Virus record (IMG/VR): IMGVR_UViG_3300049893_001270 | Span: 1-61,891 of that record | Strand: one strand, 5' to 3' | Length of the DNA stretch: 61,891 bases | Source: a virus | Taxonomy: Duplodnaviria > Caudoviricetes | In this document: piece after piece, positions 45,200-55,272 of the stretch | Layout of the letters: every line of letters begins with the position of its first letter | Numbering within the stretch: the first letter of the stretch is position 1 | Position numbers and translations under genes: made by a program | Notes under the pieces: generated by a model | Told to the model about the DNA's origin: nothing | The model's input: only the letters and a program-made list of their open reading frames with translations | Databases searched by the model: none

Positions 45200-46383
45200 G
45201 TAACTCCGTTGACTTCGATCCCGTAGGAAATGCCCGCTGCTTTCACAGCGTCGAGTGTTTGCGCGAGGCGCAGGTAGAAAGACGACTTTCCAGCGTCTTT
45301 CCCGTCGTACGCGCCGTTTTTGATGTAGTCAGACGGGACAGTATCGTACGCAGTTTGCGCTCGCCAGCCCGTTGTATCCCCGATCGTCACGGTGTGGTCC
45401 GCGAGCGTCATAGCAGTGTCGTCGTACGCCATGCCCCGGTACGTGACCGTGGGCAAATTGGGTACCTGCACGATGAATGCGCCGCGGTAGTCCTTGCTGT
45501 CCAGCCATCGGTTCTCAAGTGGGTCGCCCGGACGCCGATAATCGTAGACAAACTGGTTTCGAACGTAGGGCGGCTGCGGAGGCATCGTTGCCGCGTACGT
45601 CGGGGTACCGGCGTTTGGCGACGGACCATCCCAGCACTCCTGATATTCGTGTTGGAATGTCTCGCGCAGCGTGTACACGAGATCAAAGGGCTGAAGAAGC
45701 TGCGCCAGAGCGCGGTTCACCGCACCCAGCGAAACAACATCCGGCAGCTTGATTACGCGCCACCTGTACTGGTCGTCTGTTTCTGTGTTGTGCCGAGAGA
45801 TCCCGCGGTCTTTTCCGATCGCGTCCAACGTGGCGTGCTTACCGCCGGACATCAGTGCGCTGGAAGACACGCTGATCGTGGCGTCCCCGTAGGGCGGGTC
45901 GAGAATCAAGAACTCGATCTCGTCCAACCAACCCTGCGTGGTGTTCCCGCTGATGATACCAGTGACGGGGCCGGGTAGATTCCACTGCGGCGAGGGCTGG
46001 CTCGCGCGTACATCAACAGTGATGCTCGCAATACCAACCCCGAACGTGTTGTCTTTCGTCGTGACAAACCGGCGGTTGCCGATCGACGACTTGAAAACCG
46101 ACCCTGCTTTGACAGTAACTTCTGCCGCTACCGTAGTGCGCGTCAGCGTCACTGTGCCTGTGGCGTATGCTCCCCCCGTAGCGTAGATCGCGAACAGCCC
46201 ACGCTCGACATTGGCAATGGCCGACGAAACGCGCTCTCCAACGGCCGCAAACGCCCGGAAAAACTCGTACCCGCTGCCGTTGTTTTCGTACGCCTTCAGC
46301 GGTGCAATGTAGCTGTCGGGGAAAATGCGGTCGAAGAGGCGCAGAAACCCGCTGGCGTCGATCGACTTAACGTCGTCCGTCAT
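45196..46383 (-). CDS. baseplate wedge protein
   Basis: LD.IG..RG..R...ETD.QYR, VKAAG; follows the J-like gene. Confidence 0.65.
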   Translation of the reverse strand: MTDDVKSIDASGFLRLFDRIFPDSYIAPLKAYENNGSGYEFFRAFAAVGERVSSAIANVERGLFAIYATGGAYATGTVTLTRTTVAAEVTVKAGSVFKSSIGNRRFVTTKDNTFGVGIASITVDVRASQPSPQWNLPGPVTGIISGNTTQGWLDEIEFLILDPPYGDATISVSSSALMSGGKHATLDAIGKDRGISRHNTETDDQYRWRVIKLPDVVSLGAVNRALAQLLQPFDLVYTLRETFQHEYQECWDGPSPNAGTPTYAATMPPQPPYVRNQFVYDYRRPGDPLENRWLDSKDYRGAFIVQVPNLPTVTYRGMAYDDTAMTLADHTVTIGDTTGWRAQTAYDTVPSDYIKNGAYDGKDAGKSSFYLRLAQTLDAVKAAGISYGIEVNGVT

Positions 46384-47552
46384 CGGTACACCGTCCCGCT
46401 GTGCACAATGTTGATCGTTGCAGGCAGCGCGCGCAGCACTTGCAGCTTGCTCGCCTCGATATCGCCAGCGGGGCTGATGATTTCATCGCCTGTCACGCGC
46501 AAACCCTGGATCGCGCGCAAAACAGCGTAGAGCTCGCTGACAACAAGATCCTGCCCAGGGGCCAGCTCGTTGATCTTCGCGAGAATCTTCGCCTTCGCCG
46601 TTGTAGCGACAGCGTCCACGTCCACACCAGCCTTGAACTTCAAGATCATCGTGACGCCCACGATGACCACAGACGCTACTCGGACGCTCACGTACATCCC
46701 AGCGGGGCGGTACTCAGTGAGCGCGCTCTCAACCTCGTTGACGAGCAACGCACTCTGCGTCTGGTACGTCGGCGGGTCTTCATCCTGCGACGCCAGCACG
46801 TCTGTGAACGTATCCGCGATGATCAAATCCACGAAGCGCGCGGGCAACCCAGCCTCATCGCTACCCTCGAAGACGCTAGCGGACTTCACACCCTCGACAG
46901 TGAGCGCGCCAAACCGCACCGCAGCCAACGTTCCACGCCGCGCAGAGACGAAAAAATCTCTGGCGCGCGAACGCAGGTCGTTGTCCGACTCCTCGTCGGA
47001 CGCTCCAACAGACGCGACCGTGTTGGTGACAACAAGATCAGCCGGTGCGCCAGCCAGCGAGTCCTTGATGCTGTTGATCGCGCCGATTTTGACCTGCTGT
47101 TCTGCGCCAGCCAGAACAGACCGGCAGGATGCCGTGATCGGTCCCGTGCTTCCCATCGGAAAGTTCACGCCGTCGTACACGATGAACTCTCGCCCATCGC
47201 TGGTACCGACGCGCGTGCCCTGTGGGATGGCAAACGCGCCGAGCGTAGGCGTGGTTGTGGAAAACTCCACATCGACGAGTGCCGGGGCCGCGGACTTTCG
47301 CACCATCCCGCCGAACCTGTCAAAAACAAGTCGGTCGAGCTTCTGCCCGCGCGCCGAGTCGAGGAACTGCCCCGCTGCGACCGCGGTAATCTGCGCGATG
47401 CACTCATCGCCAACGGCAGCAATCGCGGCCGTGATCGCGTTGGCGTCCGATCCATCACGCTCAATGACAGCCTTGGTGATCTTTTTCGAGATCCCAATGA
47501 TGGTGTCACGAGCAATGCCGAACAGGTCGCGCTGAGAGGGGAAGTCGGCCAT
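46380..47552 (-). CDS. baseplate J/gp47-like protein
   Basis: ARG..LD, IP.GT.V, G...E.ESD..LR.R, RRGT..A, RPAG. Confidence 0.85.
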   Translation of the reverse strand: MADFPSQRDLFGIARDTIIGISKKITKAVIERDGSDANAITAAIAAVGDECIAQITAVAAGQFLDSARGQKLDRLVFDRFGGMVRKSAAPALVDVEFSTTTPTLGAFAIPQGTRVGTSDGREFIVYDGVNFPMGSTGPITASCRSVLAGAEQQVKIGAINSIKDSLAGAPADLVVTNTVASVGASDEESDNDLRSRARDFFVSARRGTLAAVRFGALTVEGVKSASVFEGSDEAGLPARFVDLIIADTFTDVLASQDEDPPTYQTQSALLVNEVESALTEYRPAGMYVSVRVASVVIVGVTMILKFKAGVDVDAVATTAKAKILAKINELAPGQDLVVSELYAVLRAIQGLRVTGDEIISPAGDIEASKLQVLRALPATINIVHSGTVYR

Positions 47553-47553
47553 A

Positions 47554-48378
47554 TCACACCACCGAATCGGACTTGATGTCGAAGTTCATCGTCTCGCCCG
47601 TGACCCTTCTTGTAGCACTGATCGTAATGCTCAGTACACCATCCTGGGTGGACTGCGAGACGGACACAACCGCAGACGCAACGTCAGGCTCGGACAGCAC
47701 TTCCCGCTCGACAGCGTTGCGCAACTCCACGAGATCCGTGATGCGCAGCACTTCTTTCGGCTGAAGCCCGAGGCCAAAAAGCCGGTTGCGAAGGTGTGCA
47801 AACTCACCCTGCGCCGTCGTAAGGCGGCGAATGATGATTTTCTTTAGCAGCGCAGTCCCAGACTCCACGTCCAGATCACCCCCGGCTGTGAAACGAAGAA
47901 TTCCGCCGATCTCGTTGTTGCTGTTGGGGACGCTGCGAATATCCGAGGGGTCTTGCCGCCTGCTAAACTTCTTTGCAAGCGTCGCGCACCCTTCGATGTC
48001 GAAGGTGCGCGCCCCACCAAGCACGCGAAGCGTGTCGTCGAGGATATCTCCGAAAAGAACGCGCACTTTGCCTGGGTATGCGGGCATCTTTTGCAGCAAC
48101 GCGATGTCGAACTGTCGCATCGACGACCCTTCGACCATCGCGACGCCAAGAACAACCTGCTGCTCGCCAGTAATCAGGTTCGTGATTGTGTACGACCCTG
48201 GGTTGAACACAGACCCGGCCTTTGTTTCAGCCAGATCGGCGCACGGGTACGTAGTTGTGAAACGAACAGCCTGATCGCTGACCGCAAAGACATCTTCGAT
48301 CTCGAAAACACCCAGGGCCGCGGCGATCCCAAACGCCCCAGTACCGAACGCAGAGATTCCGTACGATGCGCTCATCAC
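47554..48378 (-). CDS. baseplate wedge/sheath initiator (gp25/W-like C-terminal domain)
   Basis: GDL...G...L...I.RRL.T..GEF.H....G. Confidence 0.65.
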   Translation of the reverse strand: MMSASYGISAFGTGAFGIAAALGVFEIEDVFAVSDQAVRFTTTYPCADLAETKAGSVFNPGSYTITNLITGEQQVVLGVAMVEGSSMRQFDIALLQKMPAYPGKVRVLFGDILDDTLRVLGGARTFDIEGCATLAKKFSRRQDPSDIRSVPNSNNEIGGILRFTAGGDLDVESGTALLKKIIIRRLTTAQGEFAHLRNRLFGLGLQPKEVLRITDLVELRNAVEREVLSEPDVASAVVSVSQSTQDGVLSITISATRRVTGETMNFDIKSDSVV

Positions 48379-49085
48379 TCACCCTTGATCTTGGTCGAGA
48401 GGTACGTTGTGCGCGCGTTCTTGAACGTGTCGATCGTCAGATTGAACGCGTCGATCGCGAGCCCAAGTGCAGTTCCCGCGGGCGCGAGAGCCGGGACTGC
48501 CCCACCGGCAGCAGTCGCGTAGGCTTTGATCGCGAGCATGATGACTTTCAGAGCGTCTAGAAAAACTCCGAGTGCGTCGGCGTACGTCTCGCCGCGAACA
48601 AAGCTCTGATTGGCAGCCTGCATCTTCACGACGTTGGCTGTCATGGTAAAATCTGCATTTTGGGCGATCATCACCAACTTCGCCCCGCCTTTTGTCTTGA
48701 GCACAACGTTAGGCGAAACGTCGGTGTTGTCGCTCCCAGTTCCGCGCGCCTCGGAGGGTGGCGGATACTCGGTGTTCCAAATCTGTCCGATGATCACCGG
48801 GCCTGCGTTGGGATCGCCCTGTGGCACAACGACAACAACAAGGTCGCCAACCTCAACAGCAGGCCAGAACCCATAGGACGGGCCGGTGTACAGCGACGAA
48901 ATCATCGCCGTCTGCTCTTCGCCCGTGGGGATCATCGTTACGTCGGCAAAAAAGCCTTCGTTCTCGTCGTATCCAACGTCGGTTACGCGAGCAAGCGCCA
49001 CCCACACACGCGGATCGACGCCAGGGCGCGCGACCAGCCTGGAAAGCCGCCCGATATCGATTGTGCGGCGAGCTCTAGCGACCAT
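48375..49085 (-). CDS. baseplate spike (gpV/gp45-like)
   Basis: OB-fold with G.W.....GD.V.V..P.GDP; beta-rich C-terminus. Confidence 0.7.
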   Translation of the reverse strand: MVARARRTIDIGRLSRLVARPGVDPRVWVALARVTDVGYDENEGFFADVTMIPTGEEQTAMISSLYTGPSYGFWPAVEVGDLVVVVVPQGDPNAGPVIIGQIWNTEYPPPSEARGTGSDNTDVSPNVVLKTKGGAKLVMIAQNADFTMTANVVKMQAANQSFVRGETYADALGVFLDALKVIMLAIKAYATAAGGAVPALAPAGTALGLAIDAFNLTIDTFKNARTTYLSTKIKGE

Positions 49086-50934
49086 TTGTCCTCGGGCGGT
49101 CGGGTACGACAAGCTGGGTGACGGTTGTACCGTTGGTGGATTGGTTGCCGCCAACGTCGTACCGCACAACGAAGTAGTTCTGGAAGTCGATACCGACGCT
49201 GAACCCGCTCTGGGACCAACCAAGGCTCACAGACGACGCGCGAAACACGCGCTGGAGCTGGTTGACCGCCCCACGCTGTGCGGCGGCAATAGCGGCGGCG
49301 AGATTTGGGTCGCCCACACGCCGCTGGATCTCTTGAACGAGCTGCTCGTACGGCATCCGGTAGAAGTCGTTCGTGGTCGAGGTGATGCCAGAGATCGTAC
49401 CCACAGGATTCGCAGCTTGATCGATGAAAAACTCGATCGCGTCACCGGGGCGAATGCGCAGCAGGTCGGGGTCTTCGTTCGACCCACCGAAGCTGGCGAG
49501 ATTCTTCGTATCGACGTGCCCGCCGATCTCGTTTCGCCCGATCTCTTCGTATAGACCACGCGCAATTGCGGTCAGCCGCTCTACGTCCGTGATGCCATAA
49601 ACAGGCACCGTGATGATCTCTGCTTGATCCTCGCCAGCACCAGGGGCGGCGACGTTGCGTGCCGCGTTTGCGTGCGCCTGTTGCGCACGAGGATCGCGAA
49701 CCTGTCCGCGCGTTGCAGCAGGGGTGGGCGACGACAGCCTGCGAGGCGGCACGAGCGGCCACCGCGCCTCAACAACCCGCGTGTCTTGCCCACCCGTCGG
49801 GTCGGCCGAAACGCACCGCACAACCTTGGGCTTCTGGTTGCCTGCGAACTTTCGGTTGAACGTCAGTTTTTCGATGTCGCGCCCGTAAACCATGCGGCGA
49901 AAGGTGTACGGCGTGCTGCCGTCCATCAGACGCGGCTCGTCGGGGTCGAACGGCGTGGCCTCCCGATCGTTCGCCGCACGCCTACCCTCACCACGCGCGA
50001 TACCTGTCTGCTCGAACAAGGTGCGCACCGGCTTGATCGTGAGCGTACGCCCAAGAAAAACAGGCACCGCGCCCACGAAGAAGCACAGCTTGACGATCAA
50101 ATCCCAGTAGCTCATGTCGCCGCCGCCCCCTGCGTGGGCAGGAGATCCCGCCCGCCTACCACGCGCACCACGGCGATGCCGCGGTACAAGCTGCTGGGGT
50201 AGACACCCTGGAATGACACCGTTTGCCCAATCACTCGGAAATGCTCTCACCCTCAGATGAGAGCTCATCGGGTGGTGAAAGATAATCGCCTCCACGATCT
50301 CGTTGATCGGAAGGTCCATCGGCAGCTTGTTGACGAACCTGGGGTCGATCGGGCTGTCCAGCAGCATCCCGCGCAGGTCACGCCCGCGAATCGAGATTTC
50401 TGCCCCGCTGCTGGAGAAGTCGATGTCAGCTTCGTCAACGACGCCGACCATCATCAGCGTCGATTCGTTGGGCGACCCGTCGTCGTTACGCGTGCGAAGC
50501 AGGCTGGTCCGTCGGTTGGCGGGCACACGATCCTGCACACCGCGCGCGTAGTCCTGCGCCGGGACCGTGCCGAAATGGATCTCAGCAGCCATCGCGCGCA
50601 GTGTGCGCGGGTCAATCGGCATGTCAGCGAAGTCGAACTTGATGTCGAACGTCGCTGCCTGACGGACGCTGGGAAACTCAACCGAACAGCTCTTGGGCTG
50701 TCGGTTCATAATGAACGTCTCTCGCCCTTCGTCGCTCACAACGTCAGGGCGTGCCGTCTTTCGAAATGGGTCGGGGCGCGACCGACTGCGCCGCGTCGGT
50801 ACGGTAGGTACATCGTCGAGCGTAGACGCCAGCGGAGGCGGGTTGGCGACGCGCCTGAGCAACGCCTCGTCGAAGCGCGCCGTGAAGTTCACGACGCAGC
50901 TTGGGTAGTAGACGTTGTTACGGTTGGCCGTCAC
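49075..50934 (-). CDS. baseplate hub (gpD/gp44-like)
   Basis: GVVDE.......I.I.GRD....LLD; IRPGD; position after the LysM-like gene. Confidence 0.65.
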   Translation of the reverse strand: MTANRNNVYYPSCVVNFTARFDEALLRRVANPPPLASTLDDVPTVPTRRSRSRPDPFRKTARPDVVSDEGRETFIMNRQPKSCSVEFPSVRQAATFDIKFDFADMPIDPRTLRAMAAEIHFGTVPAQDYARGVQDRVPANRRTSLLRTRNDDGSPNESTLMMVGVVDEADIDFSSSGAEISIRGRDLRGMLLDSPIDPRFVNKLPMDLPINEIVEAIIFHHPMSSHLRVRAFPSDWANGVIPGCLPQQLVPRHRRGARGRRAGSPAHAGGGGDMSYWDLIVKLCFFVGAVPVFLGRTLTIKPVRTLFEQTGIARGEGRRAANDREATPFDPDEPRLMDGSTPYTFRRMVYGRDIEKLTFNRKFAGNQKPKVVRCVSADPTGGQDTRVVEARWPLVPPRRLSSPTPAATRGQVRDPRAQQAHANAARNVAAPGAGEDQAEIITVPVYGITDVERLTAIARGLYEEIGRNEIGGHVDTKNLASFGGSNEDPDLLRIRPGDAIEFFIDQAANPVGTISGITSTTNDFYRMPYEQLVQEIQRRVGDPNLAAAIAAAQRGAVNQLQRVFRASSVSLGWSQSGFSVGIDFQNYFVVRYDVGGNQSTNGTTVTQLVVPDRPRTNGR

Positions 50935-52052
50935 TGCCGCACCTCTTGAGCACGACGGGGCACATAGATGATCTGCCCAGGAGCCAGTTCTGCTGTCTGA
51001 AGCTGGTTATAGACCATCAGATCGCGCCACTGATCGTTGCTGCCGTAGTAGGCGAACGACACGTCGCGTAGATCATCGCCTGCTCGCGCGGTGTAGACAC
51101 CCAGAATCTCTTCATCCACGACGTTGATCGCGTCAACGGTGGACGCTCCCTCGCGGCCGAGCTGGTTGTACTGGGACACCAACCCGCGCCGCCACGACTC
51201 AGCGACGAGGTACTCCCCAAACCCCAGAATCGGCGTGATCGGGGAGAGCAGCGTAGACTTGCTGATGTCATACAGGTCGTCGAACGACTTGACGTTGAAC
51301 ATATCTCCGATCGGCGTCTCTGCGATTTCAACCGCCGCCGCGTAGGCGCGGCTTGCGACCGACGTAATGGCAGACGACGATCGGCTGATCGCATCCCCAG
51401 CGGACGTGATCGTGCTGAACTGCGCGTTGACGCTGTCCTCGATACCCGTCACAGCCGTTTGCACGTCAGCAAACAGGTCGTTGATCCGGTCAAGAAAATC
51501 CGGGTCGGCATCGAAGTCGGGGGTGCTCGCCGTTTCGATGTCCTCGGCACGGCGGCGCATTCGGCGCGCGGTGTTCGACGCGTCAGTGTCGTTGACGATC
51601 GGCACGGAGACAGGGGCGGCGTTGCTCGTCCATTTGAACGACATCGACCACGCAACGTCACACGTATTGATCCAATCGTGCTTGAACGACTCAATGTGTC
51701 CGTACCGCCGCCTGCGCCCCCAGGTGACCTCGATCAGCGTGCCAGCGCGTGTCATCGACTCGCACAGGTCCACCAGCGCGTCGATGTCCTTGATCTCTAC
51801 GTTGTTCAAGAACGCCATGCCGCCGCGTCCAATGAACTTGAACTTCCAAGTGCCGCCGATGCTTGTGCCACCTTCCTCCGTGCCGAGCAGCGTGGACGTA
51901 GCCACCGGGTTGCCCTGGTAGTACGTGATCTCCATGCGCTGCTTGACCTCAAAGGAAAGCTGTCCTTGAGGCAATGCGCGCTGAGTCAGACGCAGCTCTC
52001 GACGCTGCGCCCCGACTTCGCGAATCACTACGGAGGGGATGTTGTCCGTCAT
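50931..52052 (-). CDS. tail tube initiator with C-terminal LysM-like domain
   Basis: YY.GN..A....LG N-terminus; GDDLRDVS..YYG...W..L..YN.L....L.PGQ.I.VP. Confidence 0.7.
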   Translation of the reverse strand: MTDNIPSVVIREVGAQRRELRLTQRALPQGQLSFEVKQRMEITYYQGNPVATSTLLGTEEGGTSIGGTWKFKFIGRGGMAFLNNVEIKDIDALVDLCESMTRAGTLIEVTWGRRRRYGHIESFKHDWINTCDVAWSMSFKWTSNAAPVSVPIVNDTDASNTARRMRRRAEDIETASTPDFDADPDFLDRINDLFADVQTAVTGIEDSVNAQFSTITSAGDAISRSSSAITSVASRAYAAAVEIAETPIGDMFNVKSFDDLYDISKSTLLSPITPILGFGEYLVAESWRRGLVSQYNQLGREGASTVDAINVVDEEILGVYTARAGDDLRDVSFAYYGSNDQWRDLMVYNQLQTAELAPGQIIYVPRRAQEVRQ

Positions 52053-52060
52053 GGGCGACT

Positions 52061-54109
52061 CTACCTATGCACGCTGAACAGCGGGTCGAACCCGGACTGC
52101 AACCGGCGGTCAGCCATCGCTTCGAGATCGGAGGCGAAGGCCACAGCGATTCGGTCTGGGTCGAACCCGTCCGCGAACTTCTGGTTGATATCAAACCGGC
52201 TGTTTCGAAAATCGTTGTGCACGTTGCTCCCGCCGCGTGCTGTAGGTGCGCCGCGCCTTCGACCGGCAGCAGTAGTGGGAGACTCGCCCGCCGCTGTAGA
52301 CGGCCCGTTCAGCGAGCTCATAAGCTGATCGATCGTCCCCAACAGCGGGTTGTTGACCATGCCGCGGCCTGCGGCAGCCTCCATCCTGCGCCCGAGACGC
52401 GCCAAAATGTCCGAGATGAAGTTAATCAGCATCGTGAGCGCGGTGATAAGTCCGTTCACAACTGTGGTAATCGGCCCACGGAACCTATCCCACAACCAAA
52501 TCGCCGCCACCGCGAGCCCGCGCAGCAGGGGTAGCAAAAACATGCCGAGGTTGCGGAACAGCCCACCAATCGCTTCGCCAAGCGCGGCCAACCCAGGCTT
52601 GATCGTCTCGTAGATCGAGTTGATGACGGGGTAAATGCCGTTCAAAAACTCGGAGATGCCCTGTGCCACGAACGAGATGCCGTCAACAAGCCCAACGAGC
52701 GCGCCCTGCGCAACATCCGCAATCGCGCGGTTCAGCACACCAAAAATGGCGATGATTGGGCGCAGCATAGTCAACACCCACCCAAACAGCACCGCCAAGC
52801 TGTTCACGAACCGTTCGATGAACTCTGTGCGACTGCCGAGCTCCATGAACGCGCCAGCGAGAATTCCAACAGGCCCAAGCAGCATTCGCCCGATCAGCGC
52901 GACGCCGCCAGTACGCATGTTGTGCGCTTCTTCACTGTCGCCTTGGAAACTCTGACCAAAACGCTGACCCCACGCAGTCATGCGCTCTTGAATTTGGGCG
53001 AAAATCGGCGCGTTGCGGATGGTGTTAACCATCCGCTCGAAATACCCCATCGCGACTCGAATTCCGCCGACGATCCCCTCGCTGATGCTGCGGCCAATCT
53101 CGATGATCTTGTCCTGTGCTTGATTGAGGCGGTCATTGAACGCCGACAGCCCTTGCTTCGCAAAGTCGAAGAACGGGCGGGTAATGCCGCTGGCAATCGT
53201 CGAAGCCGTCGCGTTGATGGAGCCAGAAATAGCACTCCACGACTGCGCAGCGCGCCCAACCATGTCGTTGAGCCCGCCAAACGCGTTTTGCATCACCTCA
53301 AAACGCTTCTTCTGCGACAACCTGTTGAACGACTCAGCCGTGAGCTCTGTCTCGTTTCGCGCGCGGCGTGCTGCGTTCACGAATGGCAAAAACTGCTGCC
53401 ACGTCGCTACGTCGGCTCCTGCGCCGCCAGTGCCAGCACGCATCATCAGCGCCATGTCGCGGCCGATTTGGTCAGCGTCTACACCGAATGTACGCCCGAT
53501 CGCTGCAAACCGATTCGAGAACTCCACCATCCGGTCCATGTTGTTGTCCAACCCGGACGCGAGATGGGGCAACCCAGCGCGAAACACCGAGATATACTCG
53601 GACGCCTCACCTGGGAGCGGCGCGGCAGCGCGGTTGATCTGACTCATCACGCGGGACGTGAGAGCAAGACCTGCGTTCATGTCTGGCACAAAGCCGAGCG
53701 CCTGGAGCGTACCGGCCATTGTGTTGTTCAGATCCTCCGATTGGGAGTGCATCTGCATGATCGGGTTGTTTGCGCCTAGCGTCGCTCCGACGTTCTGGAT
53801 CGCACCAACAAGCGTGTTGAACGACCCAGCAAGGCCCATGATCCCCATGCCCCCGCCGCCGCCCTGTAGACCTTGAAGCAGCGCGGCCATGCCGCCCCCA
53901 CCAGCCATACCAGCGAACGCGCTGTTCACTGCTTGGCTGGACTGCTGCGACTGCTTCTCAGTCTTCTTGAACAGCGACTTCACGCGCTCAAGCGCGTACG
54001 CCATTCGCGTGACTGTCTTGCTGGTCTTATCGAGCACCTGCAAGACGACACCGACGTTGTACGCCAGTGCTACTGCCTTGGATGGTGCCTCGCCGCCTTC
54101 TTCAGCCAT
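52061..54109 (-). CDS. tape measure protein
   Basis: 682 aa helical, Ala/Gly-rich, follows the chaperone genes. Confidence 0.85.
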   Translation of the reverse strand: MAEEGGEAPSKAVALAYNVGVVLQVLDKTSKTVTRMAYALERVKSLFKKTEKQSQQSSQAVNSAFAGMAGGGGMAALLQGLQGGGGGMGIMGLAGSFNTLVGAIQNVGATLGANNPIMQMHSQSEDLNNTMAGTLQALGFVPDMNAGLALTSRVMSQINRAAAPLPGEASEYISVFRAGLPHLASGLDNNMDRMVEFSNRFAAIGRTFGVDADQIGRDMALMMRAGTGGAGADVATWQQFLPFVNAARRARNETELTAESFNRLSQKKRFEVMQNAFGGLNDMVGRAAQSWSAISGSINATASTIASGITRPFFDFAKQGLSAFNDRLNQAQDKIIEIGRSISEGIVGGIRVAMGYFERMVNTIRNAPIFAQIQERMTAWGQRFGQSFQGDSEEAHNMRTGGVALIGRMLLGPVGILAGAFMELGSRTEFIERFVNSLAVLFGWVLTMLRPIIAIFGVLNRAIADVAQGALVGLVDGISFVAQGISEFLNGIYPVINSIYETIKPGLAALGEAIGGLFRNLGMFLLPLLRGLAVAAIWLWDRFRGPITTVVNGLITALTMLINFISDILARLGRRMEAAAGRGMVNNPLLGTIDQLMSSLNGPSTAAGESPTTAAGRRRGAPTARGGSNVHNDFRNSRFDINQKFADGFDPDRIAVAFASDLEAMADRRLQSGFDPLFSVHR

Positions 54110-54118
54110 TGTGTTACC

Positions 54119-54361
54119 TCAGTCGTTCGATCCTGGGACACGCGTCTCCTCATCGAGCAGCGAGGCAATGGCGTCAGCAAAGGCTTCTAGGTCGCGCCGT
54201 TCCCATCGCAGCAACTCCGACGCCGACGTGTGTCCGTATCTGGCAGCAAACGCGATCAGCTTCCAAGTGTCTTTCAGCCCCTCACCGCCATCACGCGCGT
54301 GGTAGGTGAGCAGGCCGATCGTTGTTAGGTAACCTTTGTTTTCTTCGTCTTGAGAAAATTT
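54119..54361 (-). CDS. -1 frameshift extension of the tail assembly chaperone (gpGT-like)
   Basis: open -1 frame FSQDEENKGYL...YGH...ELL.W; no own start; slippery site at 54355-54361. Confidence 0.75.
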   Translation of the reverse strand, partial: KFSQDEENKGYLTTIGLLTYHARDGGEGLKDTWKLIAFAARYGHTSASELLRWERRDLEAFADAIASLLDEETRVPGSND

Positions 54362-54672
54362 CGGGAGTCCGATTCTCCCGCCATGTTGGCTTCGCCGTAC
54401 GCGGCGATCACGAGGTTGCGCAGCTTCGGCCCGATGTCCCGCCAAGCGCGGTCGGCGCTCTCATCCGCGGTCGTAATCGCCGTGTCGTTGATGCGCACAA
54501 GCGACATCTTGGCGAGCTGAAAAGCCATCGCAGTGCTGTCGCCACCAGCACGCTTGGCAGCGATCATCTCGTCCTCGGGGCGAAGCTCGCGCACACAGAT
54601 CGTGGTGATCTTGCCCCAGGCTGTGTCCTGCAAGGCTTCGGGGACATCGTACTCGTACGTAACGTTCGGCAT
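54325..54672 (-). CDS. tail assembly chaperone (gpG-like)
   Basis: 115 aa between tube and tape measure; AAGGAG RBS. Confidence 0.8.
   Translation of the reverse strand: MPNVTYEYDVPEALQDTAWGKITTICVRELRPEDEMIAAKRAGGDSTAMAFQLAKMSLVRINDTAITTADESADRAWRDIGPKLRNLVIAAYGEANMAGESDSRNFLKTKKTKVT
54355..54361 (-). other. programmed -1 ribosomal frameshift site A AAU UUU
   Basis: X XXY YYZ heptamer in frame (CGA AAT TTT CTC) near the chaperone 3' end. Confidence 0.75.
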
Positions 54673-54698
54673 GGTGTGGCTCCTTTTGGTCGGTCAGG

Positions 54699-55130
54699 TC
54701 AGACCTCGGTGCAATCGCTGCACACGAAGTCAAGCGAGGTGGACACGTAGTCGGTGCGCGACCCGATGTTGACCGGGATCTCACCGAACTCAACGTCGGG
54801 AAACACCACACGCAGGCGCTCCCCGTTGTTGTAGTTGATCGTCGCCTTGATGTTCACGGTCACACCCGGCGTGCGACGCTTGGCGCGATCAACGAGGCTG
54901 CGAAACATCTCGAAGAGCGTCTTCTTCTCGTGGTGGATCTCGAAGCTGCCCGAGATCCCCTTGAAGATCGAGTCCTTCCGTTCGGTACGCTCGCCAAGGT
55001 AGCCCTCGGACTGCGTCTCCATCTCGTACTTGAACTCGAACGACTTGATGTTGGCGATGGCGTCGAGGGGCTGGCCGTCCTTGACCAGCGTAATCTCGAC
55101 TTCCTGACCACGTACACGATTGCTCGGCAT
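54699..55130 (-). CDS. tail tube protein
   Basis: 143 aa beta-rich directly after the sheath gene; AAGGAG RBS. Confidence 0.8.
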   Translation of the reverse strand: MPSNRVRGQEVEITLVKDGQPLDAIANIKSFEFKYEMETQSEGYLGERTERKDSIFKGISGSFEIHHEKKTLFEMFRSLVDRAKRRTPGVTVNIKATINYNNGERLRVVFPDVEFGEIPVNIGSRTDYVSTSLDFVCSDCTEV

Positions 55131-55144
55131 GGCTGCGACTCCTT

Positions 55145-55186
55145 AAAAAGAACAGGGCTCGTTCAGTGTTTTACCGAACGAGCCCT
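55145..55186 (-). terminator. intrinsic terminator-like hairpin between sheath and tube
   Basis: 14-bp stem (55154-55167/55173-55186, one G-U on minus) followed by GUUCUUUUU. Confidence 0.6.
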
Positions 55187-55272
55187 ATCCCGACAAGATG
55201 GTGCGGCTCTCACCCCCCGGCCGACCAAGGGGTACATGACGAAGCTACCCTATCAAGGTAGCTTCGTCAACG

